Origin: an uncultured Nitrososphaerota archaeon
GTDB lineage: Archaea; Asgardarchaeota; Njordarchaeia; Njordarchaeales; Panguiarchaeaceae
NCBI GenBank assembly: GCA_964636085.1
Contig: CAZWPQ010000006.1
Location: 14,075-65,444 of the forward strand
Reading direction: 5' to 3'
DNA: 51,370 nucleotides
Position numbers and translations under genes: made by a program. A model generated the notes under the pieces. That model worked only from the letters and a program-made list of their open reading frames with translations, did no database searches and had not been told where the DNA came from. Below are positions 27,776 through 37,713 of this stretch, in pieces (the first letter of the stretch is position 1; every line of letters starts with the position of its first letter).

Positions 27776-28693
27776 GTGATATCTACTATGTACGTATACT
27801 ACAAGCGGGATGCAGGAAAATATTTCACAAAAAGAGAATTCCTTAGATTTGTGGAACGAAAGACCCTGAAGACTATTCAAAAGTATGATATGCTTAGGTA
27901 CAATGACATAATCGCTGTAGCTGTATCTGGAGGAAAAGATTCTGTTGCACTTCTCTATATCCTTGATAAAATTGAAAAGCCATTTGACACAGAACTTATG
28001 ATTATTCATGTTGACGAAGGAATAAAAGGCTATTCTGACGAATCTATTAACATAATTAGAACCCACGCCAAAAACCTGGGATACAGATATTCCACAATAA
28101 GCTTTAAGCAACTGTTTGGTTATACCATCGATCATGTCGCCCAACTCTTCAAACAAGGAAGAGTAGACTGGGAACCCTGCTCGTTTTGCGGAGAATGGAG
28201 ACGCTGGGCCTTAAATTATTTAGCAGAAAAATCTGGTGCGACAGTTATAGCTACCGCTCATACATTGGATGATTTTGCTCAGACTATTGTTATCAATGTC
28301 ATTAGGAATTCCTTGTCTAGATTACTAAGAATAACATATACGAGAAATGCAGAAATCAAGGGATTCGTACCGAGGGTCTACCCATTTATGGAACTATATG
28401 AAAAAGAAACAGCACTATACACACATATTCGTGATTTGGATCATAATGACATTCCTTGTCCCTATGCCCAATTATCCATGAGATGGGATATCAGGATGTT
28501 TCTGTATGAGCAGGAAGAAAAACATCCAGGCTCCCTCTATAATATTCTAAGATTCCATCAATCGTTGATTAAGGAGTATAGAAAAAAACCAATCAAGCTA
28601 AATAGTTGCATTATATGTGGATACCCCACAACGCAAAAATTATGCAGAGCCCACTTCTTTAAGCAATATGTGGATACAGTATCTAAAACCTAG
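27776..28693 (+). CDS. tRNA 2-thiolation enzyme, TtuA/Ncs6 family
   Basis: PP-loop SGGKDS, CSFC, AHTLDD, CPYA and a C-terminal CIICG Zn finger. Confidence 0.9.
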   Translation: MISTMYVYYKRDAGKYFTKREFLRFVERKTLKTIQKYDMLRYNDIIAVAVSGGKDSVALLYILDKIEKPFDTELMIIHVDEGIKGYSDESINIIRTHAKNLGYRYSTISFKQLFGYTIDHVAQLFKQGRVDWEPCSFCGEWRRWALNYLAEKSGATVIATAHTLDDFAQTIVINVIRNSLSRLLRITYTRNAEIKGFVPRVYPFMELYEKETALYTHIRDLDHNDIPCPYAQLSMRWDIRMFLYEQEEKHPGSLYNILRFHQSLIKEYRKKPIKLNSCIICGYPTTQKLCRAHFFKQYVDTVSKT

Positions 28694-29093
28694 CTTTTAC
28701 CTTCCTATATTCAACCTCGCTAAGGAAATCCGGTTTCCTTTCCCCTTCTTTTACTGCATCCATCAGATTCCCTATGAGTTCAACAGCTTTTTTCTTTAGT
28801 CTTTCCTTAGCCAATTTTAATGCATCAAGAGGTTTTATCTTGGATGGGTCAGTTCGCACGATGAACCTTGCCTTATCAACCAATGGGTGGATAATACGAT
28901 AAGCAGCGAATCTAACACCATCTATGTCAAGCAGCTCCATCCTAAGTGGATTTAGGAAAGTATGTGTCTCTCCATCAACTTCAAATTCCAACAAATCCTC
29001 TGACGACTTTAGTATCTTTATTTTAATCTCCTTTGTCCTAGGCCTCCAAAACCATAGGGGGTCTTCCCCATAGAAGTCCAGATATGACATCAT
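28683..29093 (-). CDS. rpoL: RNA polymerase subunit Rpo11 (L)
   Basis: GETHTFLNPLR..L and FAAYRIIHPL. Confidence 0.92.
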   Translation of the reverse strand: MMSYLDFYGEDPLWFWRPRTKEIKIKILKSSEDLLEFEVDGETHTFLNPLRMELLDIDGVRFAAYRIIHPLVDKARFIVRTDPSKIKPLDALKLAKERLKKKAVELIGNLMDAVKEGERKPDFLSEVEYRKVKARF

Positions 29094-29111
29094 AAGATCC
29101 CTCCTAAATGC

Positions 29112-29164
29112 TCATGACCTTTCAAGCTTCTTCATCCTCGCGTCAGTGGCCAAGCTCTCATCAT
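29112..29164 (-). ncRNA. Box C/D guide sRNA, probably tRNA-targeting
   Basis: ATGATGA-GAGCTTGGCCA-CTGA-CGCGAGG-ATGAAGA-AGCTTGAAAGGTC-ATGA (variant box D). Confidence 0.8.
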
Positions 29165-29176
29165 CGCATTCACTTT

Positions 29177-29389
29177 TTATAAAGCACCATGTGATACTAG
29201 TAGACATAAAAGACCGAATGCGAAAATATATGAATTTATTATTAGAAGGGATATGTACCGCGAATCCAGCTTTCCCATGATCCTAATCACGCGTCCATAA
29301 ATGTAGATATATATAAAGATCGATATTAACATGGAGAATATCCCCAGCAAAGTTCCATATTTCAAAAGCCAGTGTGCTGTCTTCACCAT
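29177..29389 (-). CDS. Small two-TM membrane protein
   Basis: Two hydrophobic segments; GGGGGT SD-like sequence upstream. Confidence 0.6.
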   Translation of the reverse strand: MVKTAHWLLKYGTLLGIFSMLISIFIYIYIYGRVIRIMGKLDSRYISLLIINSYIFAFGLLCLLVSHGAL

Positions 29390-29453
29390 TCAGACCCCCA
29401 CATACAATTATTCTTACACTTATATTCTTTTTAAAGTTGATAGTTGGTGAAGG

Positions 29454-30791
29454 ATGATGCATGCTCCAACAATAAAAACGGATGTGCCTGGCCCAAAATC
29501 GAGAAGGCTTATAGAGAACGCAAAAAATGTATTGATTACAACTACTCGGTTGAATTATATCGTTATATCAAAAATGGAGAACGACCTTATTTGGGATATC
29601 GATGGAAATGTCTTCATAGATTTCGCTGCCAGTATAGCAGTCGCTAATATTGGTCACAGAAATCCAAAAGTTCTAGAAGCAGTAAGGCAACAACTCGACA
29701 AATATATTCATGTGGGGCCTCATGATTGGTATGATGAACTACAGATCGAATATGCTAAAAAACTATCAAAAGTGGTTCCTGGAAAATTTGAAAAGAAAAT
29801 CTTTTATGGAAACTCTGGTACCGAATCTGTTGAAGCTTCCCTTAAGATAGCTAGGTGGAACACCCGGAGGCCAATAATAATAGGTTTTTATGGAGGCTTT
29901 CATGGCAGGACATATGGTTCCTTATCCCTAACAGCTTCAAAGCCTGTTCATAGACGCCATTTATTGCCATACGGTTTATCCATACATGCACCCTATGCCT
30001 ATTGCTATAGATGCCCATTTAGGCTTGATAAATCCTCCTGTGATGCATGGTGCGGCGACTTCATTAAGGAATGGATTCTTGAAAAGGTTGTGCCACCAGA
30101 GGACGTAGCTGCCATAATTATGGAGCCCATGCAGGGCGAGGGGGGCTATATAGTCCCAGATGAGAGATTTGTCCAAAAGGTCTATAAAATCGCTAAGGAA
30201 AATGATATACTCTTCATTGTCGATGAGGTTCAAACAGGGTTCGCAAGAAGTGGAAAAATGTTTGCTATAGAGCACTTCGGTGTCGTACAGGACATAATGA
30301 CCACAGCAAAATCTATAGCTAATGGATTCCCCCTTGGTGCCACTATAGCTAGAGCGGATTTAGATTTTAAGTATGAGGGGGTCCATTCATCTACATTTGG
30401 TGGAAACGCTATCTCGTTAGCAGCGGCAATTGCAACATTGGATTATATAATAGACAACAGATTATGGGAAAGGGCAGAAAAGCTTGGTAATAGGATACTG
30501 GGCTTTTTAAACGAATTAAAAGAGGAGACCGAGATTGTTGGGGATGTTAGAGGCAAGGGTCTTTTCATTGGTATAGAATTTGTTAGGGATAAATACACCA
30601 AGGAATATGGAGTTAAAGAGAGAGATATGATTGAGAAATTATGTTACAAACACGGATTAGTTGTATTGCCCTGCGGCAAATCTACTATACGCATTGCTCC
30701 ACCTTTGACGATCACAGAAGAGCACCTCGAGAAGGGACTAAATATATTGGCCCAAGTTATTCGAGAAGTAGACAAGTCAAAGAGAGGTTGA
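29454..30791 (+). CDS. Class III PLP aminotransferase (GABA/acetylornithine-type)
   Basis: NSGTESVE, FHGRT, EPMQGEGG, DEVQTGFARSG, TAKS and STFGGN. Confidence 0.95.
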   Translation: MMHAPTIKTDVPGPKSRRLIENAKNVLITTTRLNYIVISKMENDLIWDIDGNVFIDFAASIAVANIGHRNPKVLEAVRQQLDKYIHVGPHDWYDELQIEYAKKLSKVVPGKFEKKIFYGNSGTESVEASLKIARWNTRRPIIIGFYGGFHGRTYGSLSLTASKPVHRRHLLPYGLSIHAPYAYCYRCPFRLDKSSCDAWCGDFIKEWILEKVVPPEDVAAIIMEPMQGEGGYIVPDERFVQKVYKIAKENDILFIVDEVQTGFARSGKMFAIEHFGVVQDIMTTAKSIANGFPLGATIARADLDFKYEGVHSSTFGGNAISLAAAIATLDYIIDNRLWERAEKLGNRILGFLNELKEETEIVGDVRGKGLFIGIEFVRDKYTKEYGVKERDMIEKLCYKHGLVVLPCGKSTIRIAPPLTITEEHLEKGLNILAQVIREVDKSKRG

Positions 30792-31154
30792 TTAAGGAAT
30801 TAACCAATATACAAACAAAATTAGTAGACCAACCAACATTGTCAATGCTACCCAAGACTTGTATATGTCCCACTCTTTTTTTGCTTCTATATACGCCCTA
30901 ATCTCAGCATCTCCATAGCCCACACTTTTTAATTCTCTGCGGATTTTATCGTATGCCTCCTCGCGAATCAAATACTTCACTCTTAGATGCAACAATCCCA
31001 TAAAGTATACCATGTTGAAAAACACTGTTGAGTAAAATTTTGTGGGTGGGTTAAAGATAAGTAACATTGCTCCATTTATTATCATTATCGCCGCGACTAT
31101 TATCAGCATGAGGTTTAATATTTTCTCCTGTTTTGATCTACCAAATAGAAGCAT
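30792..31154 (-). CDS. Small membrane protein (3 TM)
   Basis: Three hydrophobic helices with a charged loop. Confidence 0.6.
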   Translation of the reverse strand: MLLFGRSKQEKILNLMLIIVAAIMIINGAMLLIFNPPTKFYSTVFFNMVYFMGLLHLRVKYLIREEAYDKIRRELKSVGYGDAEIRAYIEAKKEWDIYKSWVALTMLVGLLILFVYWLIP

Positions 31155-31230
31155 ACTACCTAGCCCTATCTTCGTACACCTGCACTATCAATTATATAGC
31201 CCACAATTATTTATTTTAAAGAACAACTTG

Positions 31231-32019
31231 CTATAAAATCTCAACTAAGACACCTCTATGATCAAGTGCACTACAAAATGTGAGATCAATATTAGAACCC
31301 TTCCAGTAAATCGTTTTCTTTAGTAATTCATATATGTCAGCCCTGCTCTTTACGGGTTTTCCGCTTAAGAACGAATTCGCATGAGGCAATATTATTAGTT
31401 TTATTTCTTTCGCATTAATAGCTTTTTCATATGGTTGGCTTATATGCCTGAGATCTAGAACAAACTTTGCAACTACCCAAATTCTTTCTCCCGTTACAGG
31501 AGATGCTGGATGGATATGTCCCATAATTATAGTTGATGCAGTAAGAAGCATAGGCATTGGTACTTTCATATGACCATGTGTCAGAAGAATGTCCTCCCCC
31601 TCATATGTGAATATCATTGAATCAACTATCTTAATATCCACATTTACCTCGTTTATTATATCCGATAACCGCCCATCGTGATTACCTCGTATAACTATTA
31701 ATTTATCATAACGCTCCTTAATTTTTCTAAGTAAAGTTCCAATAGAGCGTCCTACAATTCTACTTGGATAACCCAGGGATTCCTTTATATCTCCTAGTAT
31801 TATGACCCTTTCAATTGGATAATCTAGTTTGAGGATAGGGACTAATATCTTATTCAGTTCGCTACGCAGTAGTTTTAATTTAGCTTTTAACGAATATTTA
31901 TAACTGGTTATTGTATAACCCAGATGAATGTCAGCAATTATCAGATTTCCATCAATAATCACAGCGGGGGGGTTCTTAATTGCAAAAACAAAACCAAAGA
32001 TTCTGCGGCCCTTCTGCAT
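31231..32019 (-). CDS. Metallophosphoesterase (COG1407 type), second paralog
   Basis: ADIHLG, GDIKE, RGNHD, THGH and GHIHP. Confidence 0.88.
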   Translation of the reverse strand: MQKGRRIFGFVFAIKNPPAVIIDGNLIIADIHLGYTITSYKYSLKAKLKLLRSELNKILVPILKLDYPIERVIILGDIKESLGYPSRIVGRSIGTLLRKIKERYDKLIVIRGNHDGRLSDIINEVNVDIKIVDSMIFTYEGEDILLTHGHMKVPMPMLLTASTIIMGHIHPASPVTGERIWVVAKFVLDLRHISQPYEKAINAKEIKLIILPHANSFLSGKPVKSRADIYELLKKTIYWKGSNIDLTFCSALDHRGVLVEIL

Positions 32020-32157
32020 TCTACAAAACCAATATTATATATTTTATGTCTATCTTTAGACGACTCATTCATGAATTACCTTAATATTTATAGCGTTATA
32101 ACCAAAAGATTCGGTAGGGATGTAAAGACCATATTCAGAGAGCGCATCTAAGCGATA

Positions 32158-34386
32158 TCACTGTGCTAAAAGATCCTTTATGTATTTTTCAAACGGAACT
32201 TCTATCATGTATTCATCATCTGACGGTTCCACTGCTTTTATTTTTGGCATGTATAAAACATTTTGCGAATCTATTTCCCTTACTTTCACATGAATCAGCG
32301 CTGAATGTGAGGTTAGTTTGACTATCGCTTCTCTTGGTGGCATAACTTGAATGTATCTTTTCAGATTTGTGTCATCTATAATTATGTGTTCATGTTCTGG
32401 TATTTCGGCATTCATCATGAATAGTGTTCCAGCATTTGAAATTATATCTGGACTTATAGTGTAGGGAGATTGTGATATCACTATTAGCCCTAGACCGTAT
32501 TTCCTTGCCAATGTTGCGAAATCTTCTATAGCAGTGGTATCGACCGACGATTGAATTTTTCTCCATGGAATCAAATAACGCCCTTCTTCAACGACTATAC
32601 ACAGTTTTGGGTTCTCCATAATGTTTATTCCATCTCGGAAAATATTCATAACAACATATCTAAGAATTATATTTACAAGCAACAGTATTTCTCGTTTAAG
32701 ATTACGCTTAAAGAGAAAAGAAAGATCAAAAATAACGTTCCTTTTTTTGAGCTTACCTATATCTATGTTACTCCTCTTAACCCAGAAGATGTATCTACTC
32801 GCTCCAGAAAATATCGACTTAATCCTATTTGTAACAGCATAAAATGTATACAGGGCTGTTGGGATATCCGATCCCGCCTCTTTACACCAGTCTATCAGAT
32901 TTTTAAAAAAGAGCAATGGGCTGGGTTTATCTGCCGTAACTGTGGACCATACCGCATATGATAATGCCCTCTCCATTTGAGCCGTTATTTCATCCCCCCG
33001 GAGCCTAATGATCTCAAGTAGCAGTGCTGTCAAAAATGTGGAGTAGGATTCTGGGTCCTCATTTACGCTTTCAAAAATGTTTATCATAAGAGGAAACTCC
33101 ATAGTTCCAGGCATGTAAAAATCAAAATCATATCGTCTTACCAAATCTGCATATTCACGATGAATATCGAACACCCATACATTGCTATGAGTCTTCTCTA
33201 GGATCTCCTCTATGATGACTCTGGCCAATCTTGTTTTCCCCATACCGGTTCTTCCCAGTATTAGAACATGTCTTTGAATATCGGATAAACTAAGATAAAA
33301 TGGCGCTACAGGCTCTCCAAATTTTAGTTGCCACCCAACATGTATGTCCCCTTTAGTAACCCCTTCACAGGGACCAAAATTCGGTATCCAAATTCCTTTT
33401 CTCTTCGCCAATACCAACATATTAATAAGCACAACATAGAAATAAAGGGCCACATCAAAGTCAGCTTTAATCAATATTTCGAATGAACCATTTAAGATTT
33501 CATCGATGATTTTCATCACTTTTAGCCCACGTCTCCTTGTATTTTTCTCAATAAACCTATAGGGCAAAAATGACGATGGTATATATAAAAATTGTTCCAA
33601 CTTATCATAACCGCTATCTAATAAACTAAACATCTCAGCAAGCTCTTGACCAATCAACAAAGTCATTTTTATGGTAACATATTCTATTTGGTTTTCAGAT
33701 CTCCTAACTTTTTTTGGGTCTTTAAAATTCAAAATAGACAATACATTGTGGCGCCTAGGATATATTCTATTGAACGCTTGTTTTATAGAATTAAGATCCA
33801 ATCCTAATGCAATAAACTGGCCATTTTGAATAATACTAAACATAAAACCTTCTAGCAACTTAGAGTCCTGGGTATGTATCAACAAACGATTTTGTATTTG
33901 TTTATCATTTCCTAATATCCCACCCGATTTGCTTGGTTGGTCATACCTTTGGGCTACTATTTCTATCTTTCTTGATTGTTTTAGGACGACTTGCTTTGAT
34001 ATGAGAAATCTCAAGATATCCTCTATTGAGGTTTTATCAAGATACATAAAGTAGAGACCCAGTATTTCAGCAATATTTTTAAGTTGAGCAATATACTTTC
34101 TAACAATTTTCCTTAACTTTGCTAATCTTAGAGCCATTAGGCAAAACAATAAGTAGCACTCCATAACATCTTCTTTTCTTCTAAGAATAACAAAGAATCT
34201 TCCTTCAAGTTCTCCTAATCTTATGATAAAATTTTTGAGGACAGTCATACAATTAGATACGTCGGATATCTTATTTAAAATAATTCTAGATACTCTTGAC
34301 AAAACCACAACTGTTTTCAATATCCCACTAGAAAATATTATCACCAAAAACTTGTTTTCCACATTTTTGATATCTATTTTCAACAC
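32158..34386 (-). CDS. HerA/FtsK-superfamily (DUF87-like) ATPase with long N-terminal region
   Basis: RHVLILGRTGMGKT, VFDIHREY, Walker B IVVEEG and arginine finger ARKYGLGLIVISQSP. Confidence 0.85.
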   Translation of the reverse strand: MLKIDIKNVENKFLVIIFSSGILKTVVVLSRVSRIILNKISDVSNCMTVLKNFIIRLGELEGRFFVILRRKEDVMECYLLFCLMALRLAKLRKIVRKYIAQLKNIAEILGLYFMYLDKTSIEDILRFLISKQVVLKQSRKIEIVAQRYDQPSKSGGILGNDKQIQNRLLIHTQDSKLLEGFMFSIIQNGQFIALGLDLNSIKQAFNRIYPRRHNVLSILNFKDPKKVRRSENQIEYVTIKMTLLIGQELAEMFSLLDSGYDKLEQFLYIPSSFLPYRFIEKNTRRRGLKVMKIIDEILNGSFEILIKADFDVALYFYVVLINMLVLAKRKGIWIPNFGPCEGVTKGDIHVGWQLKFGEPVAPFYLSLSDIQRHVLILGRTGMGKTRLARVIIEEILEKTHSNVWVFDIHREYADLVRRYDFDFYMPGTMEFPLMINIFESVNEDPESYSTFLTALLLEIIRLRGDEITAQMERALSYAVWSTVTADKPSPLLFFKNLIDWCKEAGSDIPTALYTFYAVTNRIKSIFSGASRYIFWVKRSNIDIGKLKKRNVIFDLSFLFKRNLKREILLLVNIILRYVVMNIFRDGINIMENPKLCIVVEEGRYLIPWRKIQSSVDTTAIEDFATLARKYGLGLIVISQSPYTISPDIISNAGTLFMMNAEIPEHEHIIIDDTNLKRYIQVMPPREAIVKLTSHSALIHVKVREIDSQNVLYMPKIKAVEPSDDEYMIEVPFEKYIKDLLAQ

Positions 34387-34741
34387 ATCACCTCCTAAAT
34401 GTCTTCATAGACTAAGCTATTTAAAATCGCGAACCCATGTGATCTTATAAAAAATGGGGTTTGGGTCACGACTGTTCATTATAGATGTTTCACAAAGGAT
34501 ATTAGGTTACATAATAATGTTTACCATCAGCTAATTCATAAAACCATTAAGGATCTAGAAACAGAAATATTTTGTTAACTCAATAACATGGCCCTCGGTT
34601 CAACCTCGATTATATACCGGCCTCTGGCAACAAATCCATAACATTCAGGCCCAATATTTCTAGCCATCTCGCTAGACATGCATTACAAAAATAAAATATT
34701 AGAAAACTTCAATCCTAACTTCTCACCAATAGATCAGCAAG

Positions 34742-35851
34742 TCATTTGCTTTCTCTCCAGCGATCTTTAAGTTTCTCAAGAACCTTAGGTAGGGTAGTAT
34801 ATTCAAGTTCCTCTGGCGTTAACATATGTGGCTCAAATGGGCCCATTGCTCTGATGTAATCAGATATGTACATTGCCTTCTGGCGTACATATTCGAACGC
34901 TGGATCATCAAATAGGTCTATTGGACCGATAAGTCTTCCATCGCATATGTTGAAACCCAATCCCACAATTCTTGGCGGCCCATCGAACCGAGTACATTGG
35001 GAGTACTTCATAGGGACAGGCATAAGAGGCCCATGATGACTACCCCTCATCCATCCCTTCACAAGATGTGTATGACAAAATCCTTCTAAAATTTCTCCCA
35101 TTGCCGGAAGACCATGCTGTGCTCTAATAATGCATACAGGGTCGTCCTTTCCGACATACCGGGATACTATTAGAGATAACTTTTGGGTGGAAACTGCCGC
35201 AGCGATTCCTATCTCTGGATCCTTCGAATAAACATACTTTACCACATAACGTCCAGTATGTCCAATCAATGCTAATATATCGTACATTTCTTCCGGTGCA
35301 CTAAGTTCTATCTCCTTTCCTTCCATGACATCCATAATTATAAATTTGAAGCCCCTGTGCATTCTTGGATCTATTATCAATCCCGCCGTGTTGAATGGAT
35401 CAGCAAATATTTTAAATACTGGAAAATTAAACGCGCCCGGTTCTGTCTTGTCTGCCGCAAAGATCGCAATAGGTTCGGCTTTTCGCTCCTCAAATTCCAT
35501 CTCAGCAACCCCAGGACCCATCCCCTTTACATTACCACTAAAGGCCTCCTTAAGCAAATCTTGGCCAGCCGCGTATAGTTTCAATTCTTTAGCTACCTTT
35601 GTTGCTTCTTTAAATGTTTCCCAAGCTAATTCATGTATCTGGGCATTATCTGGTCCTTTTCTATGTGTCATAAGTAGTTCCAGATCATCCCCCGCATTAA
35701 ATACATAGTAGTCAATTATCAGTCCCTCCTTTTTCGCCCTTTCCAAGTTTGCCTTAGCTACCTCTATAGTTTTCGGATGAACCCTAACGTGACCCGCAAC
35801 ACTACCGATGTCCGCCTTTATAAGACTTACAGTCACCTTCATTTTGACCAC
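34742..35851 (-). CDS. fbp: Bifunctional fructose-1,6-bisphosphate aldolase/phosphatase
   Basis: IKADIGS, GDD, LYAAGQDLL, DKTEPGAFN, YVGKDDP and GWMRGSH. Confidence 0.97.
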   Translation of the reverse strand: MVKMKVTVSLIKADIGSVAGHVRVHPKTIEVAKANLERAKKEGLIIDYYVFNAGDDLELLMTHRKGPDNAQIHELAWETFKEATKVAKELKLYAAGQDLLKEAFSGNVKGMGPGVAEMEFEERKAEPIAIFAADKTEPGAFNFPVFKIFADPFNTAGLIIDPRMHRGFKFIIMDVMEGKEIELSAPEEMYDILALIGHTGRYVVKYVYSKDPEIGIAAAVSTQKLSLIVSRYVGKDDPVCIIRAQHGLPAMGEILEGFCHTHLVKGWMRGSHHGPLMPVPMKYSQCTRFDGPPRIVGLGFNICDGRLIGPIDLFDDPAFEYVRQKAMYISDYIRAMGPFEPHMLTPEELEYTTLPKVLEKLKDRWRESK

Positions 35852-36022
35852 CTATTCATCTTAAAAAATATCACGTATTTAAGCTTCTATCGTAAGCTTA
35901 AGGCCACTAACAATACTACAATAGGTTTTAGTGATAATGATTCATTCCATAATAAGTTGACAGACTCACTTGGTTTTTAAATATGTTTTTATAGTATATC
36001 TGTGCTGAGAAAGGGATAAACC

Positions 36023-36340
36023 ATGACATTAATGGGAGCACTTATCAAAGACAGCAAAGTAGAATCTGTTAAAGGTAAAAGCATCAGCGAGCTACTAACA
36101 GAGGATGTCTGCCTTCTGATAATTGATGACATCAAATCGACGATATATATATGGTGCGGGTCAAAGGCTAACGTTAAAGATAAATTTATGGCCTCCCGTT
36201 TAGCCCACGGACTGAATGGAAAACTATTCGGTATGGCAGGTAAAGTTAATCAACAAAGGGATGTTATTAAGGAAACATTTGAAGAAAAAACTTTTGACGA
36301 CGACGTTCCACTAGAACATATAAAGGCTATCCTTGGTTAG
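36023..36340 (+). CDS. Single gelsolin-like domain protein
   Basis: LTEDVCLLIIDD...IYIWCGSKANVKDKFMA matches the gelsolin repeat core (L...dcfilD...iyvWvG..sn..ek..A). Confidence 0.8.
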   Translation: MTLMGALIKDSKVESVKGKSISELLTEDVCLLIIDDIKSTIYIWCGSKANVKDKFMASRLAHGLNGKLFGMAGKVNQQRDVIKETFEEKTFDDDVPLEHIKAILG

Positions 36341-36695
36341 TCTTTCTGTTTTTTATGAAGGGAATTCTCTTATAATTTTTACATTTCCTACAGTAAATAA
36401 CTATATGAGGCATACGATTACAGCGGATCCTAACCCTCGCTGTCACTCCAGGCATTATAAAACTTTTACATTTCCTACAAAAATAGTACCTCCACTTTTT
36501 GGGAAATTTTACACCCGTCCACCTCGCAAGTTTTTTTGCGAATTTTGCTGTTCTCTCAGCAAGATCGATGTTCCCTGTTACTGCCTGATTAATAGCCTCC
36601 CTCATCATTGCATCTATATGCTCTAGAACTAGTCTTTTTCTCAGTTTTAGAAGTGTATATTTTGATACTCTCCTAAATCTTGATTTCCTCAACAA
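36327..36695 (-). CDS. rnp4: RNase P protein Rpp21
   Basis: FCRKCKSFIMPGVTARVR...CRKC..YKRIP. Confidence 0.92.
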   Translation of the reverse strand: MLRKSRFRRVSKYTLLKLRKRLVLEHIDAMMREAINQAVTGNIDLAERTAKFAKKLARWTGVKFPKKWRYYFCRKCKSFIMPGVTARVRIRCNRMPHIVIYCRKCKNYKRIPFIKNRKTNQG

Positions 36696-37356
36696 ATCCC
36701 TCCCTTCTCGCTATGAGTACATATGCATCTCTGTGAAAAATACCGTTTTCTACTACTCCTGGAATACTATTAATCTCCATTTCAAGTTCCTTGGATACAA
36801 ACTTCATATCTATGTGTATATCTACAAGCCAATTACCATTATCCGTTATTGTTGGCCCTAACTTGCTCCTACCCATCCTAAGCTCTGGTCTTCCAATCTG
36901 GCTTAGCCTATTATAGATCAGAGAATACGCACATGGAATTATCTCAACTACAATGGGAAAAATTCTATTCAGTTTGGAATAATCAGCGATTATTACTAGT
37001 TTAGATGCCACATAATCTACAATCTTTTCCCTTGTTAATGCCCCCCCTCCCCCTTTTAGTATTACTTTCTTATTAAGGACTATAGAATCAGCCCCATCCA
37101 CCGCTAAGTCTATATGGTCGACCCCCAAGGGACTAACAATACCAATCCCGTGCCTTAATAATAACAATTCGGTGTCATGTGACGTAGGGACACATTTTAT
37201 TCTAAGATCGGCCTTGGATAATTCCTTTATGAACTCCCTAACCGTAGATCCCGAACCTACACCGACTATCATATCATTATCTACGAACGATACCGCACTC
37301 TTAGCAACAATTCTTTTGAGAGAAGGCATATTCTTGGTATTTCCCATAAAAAACAA
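36673..37356 (-). CDS. rpiA: Ribose-5-phosphate isomerase A
   Basis: GVGSGST, DGAD, KGGGGALTREK, TDNGN and PGVVENG. Confidence 0.97.
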   Translation of the reverse strand: MFFMGNTKNMPSLKRIVAKSAVSFVDNDMIVGVGSGSTVREFIKELSKADLRIKCVPTSHDTELLLLRHGIGIVSPLGVDHIDLAVDGADSIVLNKKVILKGGGGALTREKIVDYVASKLVIIADYSKLNRIFPIVVEIIPCAYSLIYNRLSQIGRPELRMGRSKLGPTITDNGNWLVDIHIDMKFVSKELEMEINSIPGVVENGIFHRDAYVLIARREGFVEEIKI

Positions 37357-37689
37357 CTAGCCTTCCTTAACCATCTCTATGGCATTCTTAGGGCATATAG
37401 TAGCACAAATTCCGCATCCTTTGCAATAGTCATAGTCAATCCTTGGGTATTCATTAAATTTTTCAACTATAATAGCAGCGTCTGGACAGACGAGATAACA
37501 CTGATAACACTTAATACATTTTTCATAATCAATAACTGGTCTGAATATGCGCCAAGCACCAGTTTTTCCTGCGACACCAACCTTTGGTTTCGAGACTGGA
37601 ACTAGAAGATGACTTATTTTTTCCAAGCGTTCTTGGGATGAATTATCTTGATTCATTTTTCTTCCCCTCATAGATACATTTTTATGCAT
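37357..37689 (-). CDS. porD: 2-oxoacid:ferredoxin oxidoreductase delta subunit
   Basis: TGAWR.FRP, CIKCYQCYLVCPD and DYDYCKGCGICA..CP. Confidence 0.93.
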   Translation of the reverse strand: MHKNVSMRGRKMNQDNSSQERLEKISHLLVPVSKPKVGVAGKTGAWRIFRPVIDYEKCIKCYQCYLVCPDAAIIVEKFNEYPRIDYDYCKGCGICATICPKNAIEMVKEG

Positions 37690-37713
37690 AATTTTAAAGA
37701 GAACACTATGCAG

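Noticed and set aside
34387-34741. 355-bp intergenic gap as a hidden gene or ncRNA
   Set aside because: I found only a ~34-codon ORF, and no boxes, repeats or strong stems.
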